This document shows positions 23,135 to 25,187 of a stretch of 25,187 nt of DNA, piece after piece. Within the stretch, counting starts at the first letter, position 1. Each line of letters begins with the position of its first letter. Position numbers and translations under genes: made by a program. The DNA is from a virus (Duplodnaviria > Caudoviricetes). The notes under the pieces are model-generated. The model saw only the letters and a list, made by a program, of their open reading frames with translations, was not told the DNA's origin and did no database searches. The stretch is from positions 1 to 25,187 of the IMG/VR virus record IMGVR_UViG_3300024986_000174; one strand, given 5' to 3'.

Positions 23135-24439
23135 TCACAACTCCCGCACCCTTGGCGAGCGCGGCGCGTTGAAACTCAGCGAGGCCACCGCCCACACCAG
23201 CGCGTCGAGCCGATCCGGCGAGCGCCCGCTCGACAGGCCTGTCGGTCCGAAGTCGCACATCTCGTCTTCCAGCGCCGGAAACACACCGGCATGCCTGACG
23301 CGGCCCTGCTCGTAGAGCGTCGCCACGGGTTCGGCGCGCAGCCACTTGCCGCGCGAGGCCCGCACCGCGATCACCGGCACGCTGGCATCGACCTGCGCGA
23401 TCACCGCGCGCGCCATCTCGCCGCCCTGATTGACCTCGACCACCAGCGCGTCGGCTTCGAGCCGTCGCCACAGCGCGATCGCCTGCGCGGCCCACACCGC
23501 AGGCGTCGCGTTGGACACCGTCTCATCCGCCAGCACGACAATCGTCCCCTCGCCGCCGATCCCCGCCGCGACGATGCCGCAGCGGTCGGCACGCTTGCCG
23601 GATGAGACCGGCGGATCGACCGCGACCACGATGCGCGCCAGCGACGGCGCGATCTCGATGCGGCATTGTTCAAGCTGCCTGCGCGACCACAGCGCGTCGG
23701 GCCGCTCCTCGATCAGTTCGCCGTCGAGCTCCTGCCGCCCGAGCCGCGTGCCGTCATAGCGCGCCATCACGCTTTGCAGAAAACTCGGCGCAAGGTTGAA
23801 GGCGTTGACCCGTGTCGCCGCCCGCGTCACCACGCAGCTTGCGTCATTGAGCAGACGCTTGATCAGCGCGGTCGGCCGCGGCGTGGTGGTGATCAGTTGC
23901 CGCGGCTGCGCGCCAAGCCGCAAGCCGAATTGCAGCATGTCGAAGGTCTCGTCGGCATAACGCCATTTCGCCAGCTCGTCCGACCAGGCACAGCCGAATT
24001 GCGGGCCGCGCAGACTTTCCGGATCTTCGGCGGAGAATGCATAGGCCACCGCGCCATTACTCCACTCCAGCCGCTTGCGCGAGGAAATCCATGACGGCCG
24101 CTCGTCCCGCCGATGCACGGCAAGCAGGCCGGAGACGCCCTCGATCATCACTTCGCGCACGTCGTGCTCGGTCTCGCCGACCAGCGCGATACGGCCGACC
24201 GCCTCCCGCGCCAGCGGCGCAAGGCCGAGCGCCTGCGCCTTGATCCATTCCGCGCCGGCGCGCGTCTTGCCCGCGCCGCGCCCGCCGATCATCAGCCAGC
24301 TCAGCCACGGCTCGCCCTTGGCGTCGTGTTCCGGCGGCCATTGATGCGCGTGCGCGAACAGCCGCCAGTCGGTCGCGATCAGATCGAGATCGCGTTCACT
24401 CAGTTGCGCCAGAACGGTCAGCCGTTGTGTCGGCGACAA
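23135..24439 (-). CDS. Terminase large subunit (g2-like); start uncertain (TTG 24439 or GTG 24508)
   Basis: Walker A GGRGAGKT, SLRGPQF, Walker B AWSDE, ITTTPRP, VVAVDP and SPDRLDALVWA nuclease motifs. Confidence 0.95.
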   Translation of the reverse strand: MSPTQRLTVLAQLSERDLDLIATDWRLFAHAHQWPPEHDAKGEPWLSWLMIGGRGAGKTRAGAEWIKAQALGLAPLAREAVGRIALVGETEHDVREVMIEGVSGLLAVHRRDERPSWISSRKRLEWSNGAVAYAFSAEDPESLRGPQFGCAWSDELAKWRYADETFDMLQFGLRLGAQPRQLITTTPRPTALIKRLLNDASCVVTRAATRVNAFNLAPSFLQSVMARYDGTRLGRQELDGELIEERPDALWSRRQLEQCRIEIAPSLARIVVAVDPPVSSGKRADRCGIVAAGIGGEGTIVVLADETVSNATPAVWAAQAIALWRRLEADALVVEVNQGGEMARAVIAQVDASVPVIAVRASRGKWLRAEPVATLYEQGRVRHAGVFPALEDEMCDFGPTGLSSGRSPDRLDALVWAVASLSFNAPRSPRVREL

Positions 24440-24983
24440 TGCGCTCCAGGCGGCTCGCGAGCTCGCGTCGAAGCTCGTTGATGTCTCGCGGCACGGCGTC
24501 GTCGTCACGTTGCGCTTTCTCCTCGCCCGCCCGCAACTGCATCACCTCGCGCAGCGTGCGCGCCAGCGAGGCGAGCATCCGCGCCCGCCGCTCGGCCTGG
24601 CCGTGCTGACGCAGCGGCGCCGGCCGGCCGCTGACCATGCTTTCGATCTGGTTGAGTTCGTCCTCGATCGCGCCGGAAACACGTTCGAGCAACACCGCGA
24701 CCGGCGCGCGGGCCGCGTCGTCGCCAAGAATTTTGTTCTCGACGGCGCGGGCGCCTTCCATCTGCGGCGTGCGCGCGTTGGCGCGCCGGCGGATGGCAGG
24801 TTTCTTCTCCGCCGTTGTCACTATCGCTTTCGGCTTCGCAGCTTTGGCTGTTGTCGCGGCAGGCTTCGCCGCCGCCCTCGTCGTCGCCTTCCTTGTCGCC
24901 GCCGTCTTCGCCGTCTTGCGCGCGCGCACGGCTTTGCCTCCCGCCGGCGCGCGTGCCGGTCTGGCGGGAGTCTTCGAAGCCAT
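24396..24983 (-). CDS. Probable terminase small subunit (g1-like) with histone-H1-like basic N-terminus
   Basis: Immediately upstream of and overlapping the large terminase. C-terminal helix PRDINELRRELASRLERI resembles GTA small terminases; N-terminal about 70 aa are Ala/Lys/Thr/Arg low complexity. Confidence 0.7.
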   Translation of the reverse strand: MASKTPARPARAPAGGKAVRARKTAKTAATRKATTRAAAKPAATTAKAAKPKAIVTTAEKKPAIRRRANARTPQMEGARAVENKILGDDAARAPVAVLLERVSGAIEDELNQIESMVSGRPAPLRQHGQAERRARMLASLARTLREVMQLRAGEEKAQRDDDAVPRDINELRRELASRLERIVADTTADRSGATE

Positions 24984-25034
24984 GTGTCGGGAATCCTCAA
25001 GAAGCCGCGAATTTCAGCGGCGTCGCAGCCGCCG

Positions 25035-25187
25035 TCAGGTGCGGAAGAACAGGAACCAGATGATCGCCAGCGTGAAAGCCGCGGCGATGGTGCTGATGGT
25101 CAGCAGCGCCAGCACCGACGGCCCCGGTTCGGCGGAGCGCGCCTCGGTCGGCGTTTCAACGATGCGGTCGTTCTGTTTGGTCGGCAT
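25035..25187 (-). CDS. Small C-terminally anchored membrane protein (50 aa), not in the ORF track
   Basis: Hand translation MPTKQNDRIVETPTEARSAEPGPSVLALLTISTIAAAFTLAIIWFLFFRT*; the ATG is the last three bases of the window. Confidence 0.65.
   Translation of the reverse strand: MPTKQNDRIVETPTEARSAEPGPSVLALLTISTIAAAFTLAIIWFLFFRT

Larger units (their letters stand above)
1..24983 (-). mobile_element. RcGTA-like gene transfer agent structural cluster with linked fibre and lysis genes
   Basis: Gene order g1-g15 is syntenic with RcGTA, the tape measure is short, and no integrase, repressor or replication genes are in the window. Confidence 0.9.

Noticed and set aside
1-25187. Intact temperate prophage
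   Set aside because: No integrase, repressor, replication genes or att repeats in the window; RcGTA synteny and host-type repeats in the spacers indicate a domesticated element. Flanks outside the window cannot be assessed.

Overview
A GC-rich alphaproteobacterial window (repeat families and gene style suggest Nitrobacteraceae/Bradyrhizobiaceae; inference) carrying an essentially complete RcGTA-like gene transfer agent head-tail cluster on the minus strand. The order is small terminase-like gene, large terminase, portal, two small ORFs, HK97 prohead protease, major capsid, adaptor, stopper, tail terminator, tail tube, two tail chaperones, short tape measure, distal tail, hub, NlpC/P60 and megatron baseplate. 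A DUF2793 tail fibre and a probable lysis module (pesticin-like muramidase, holin-like protein, lipoprotein) follow directly. No integrase, repressor or replication genes are visible, which fits a GTA better than a prophage. The most striking accessory content is two AT-richer toxin-immunity-like cassettes, one on each side of the capsid gene. Their putative toxins share an N-terminal leader: three R-[WFY]-x-[RK]-P-D-A repeats, then [DE]-x-K-Y-[NS]-P-D-Q-P-R...G-R-W-T-D-G. Their C-termini are unrelated: one HNH-like, followed by two paralogous DUF2019-like immunity genes, and one unknown domain. The [DE]-x-K-Y junction resembles E-x-K-A sites in the capsid and portal, suggesting a candidate GTA-capsid-loaded polymorphic toxin system. 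A secreted trypsin-like protease, an acyltransferase-3 with a sigma54-like promoter, and many nested REP/RIME-like palindromic elements also interrupt the cluster.
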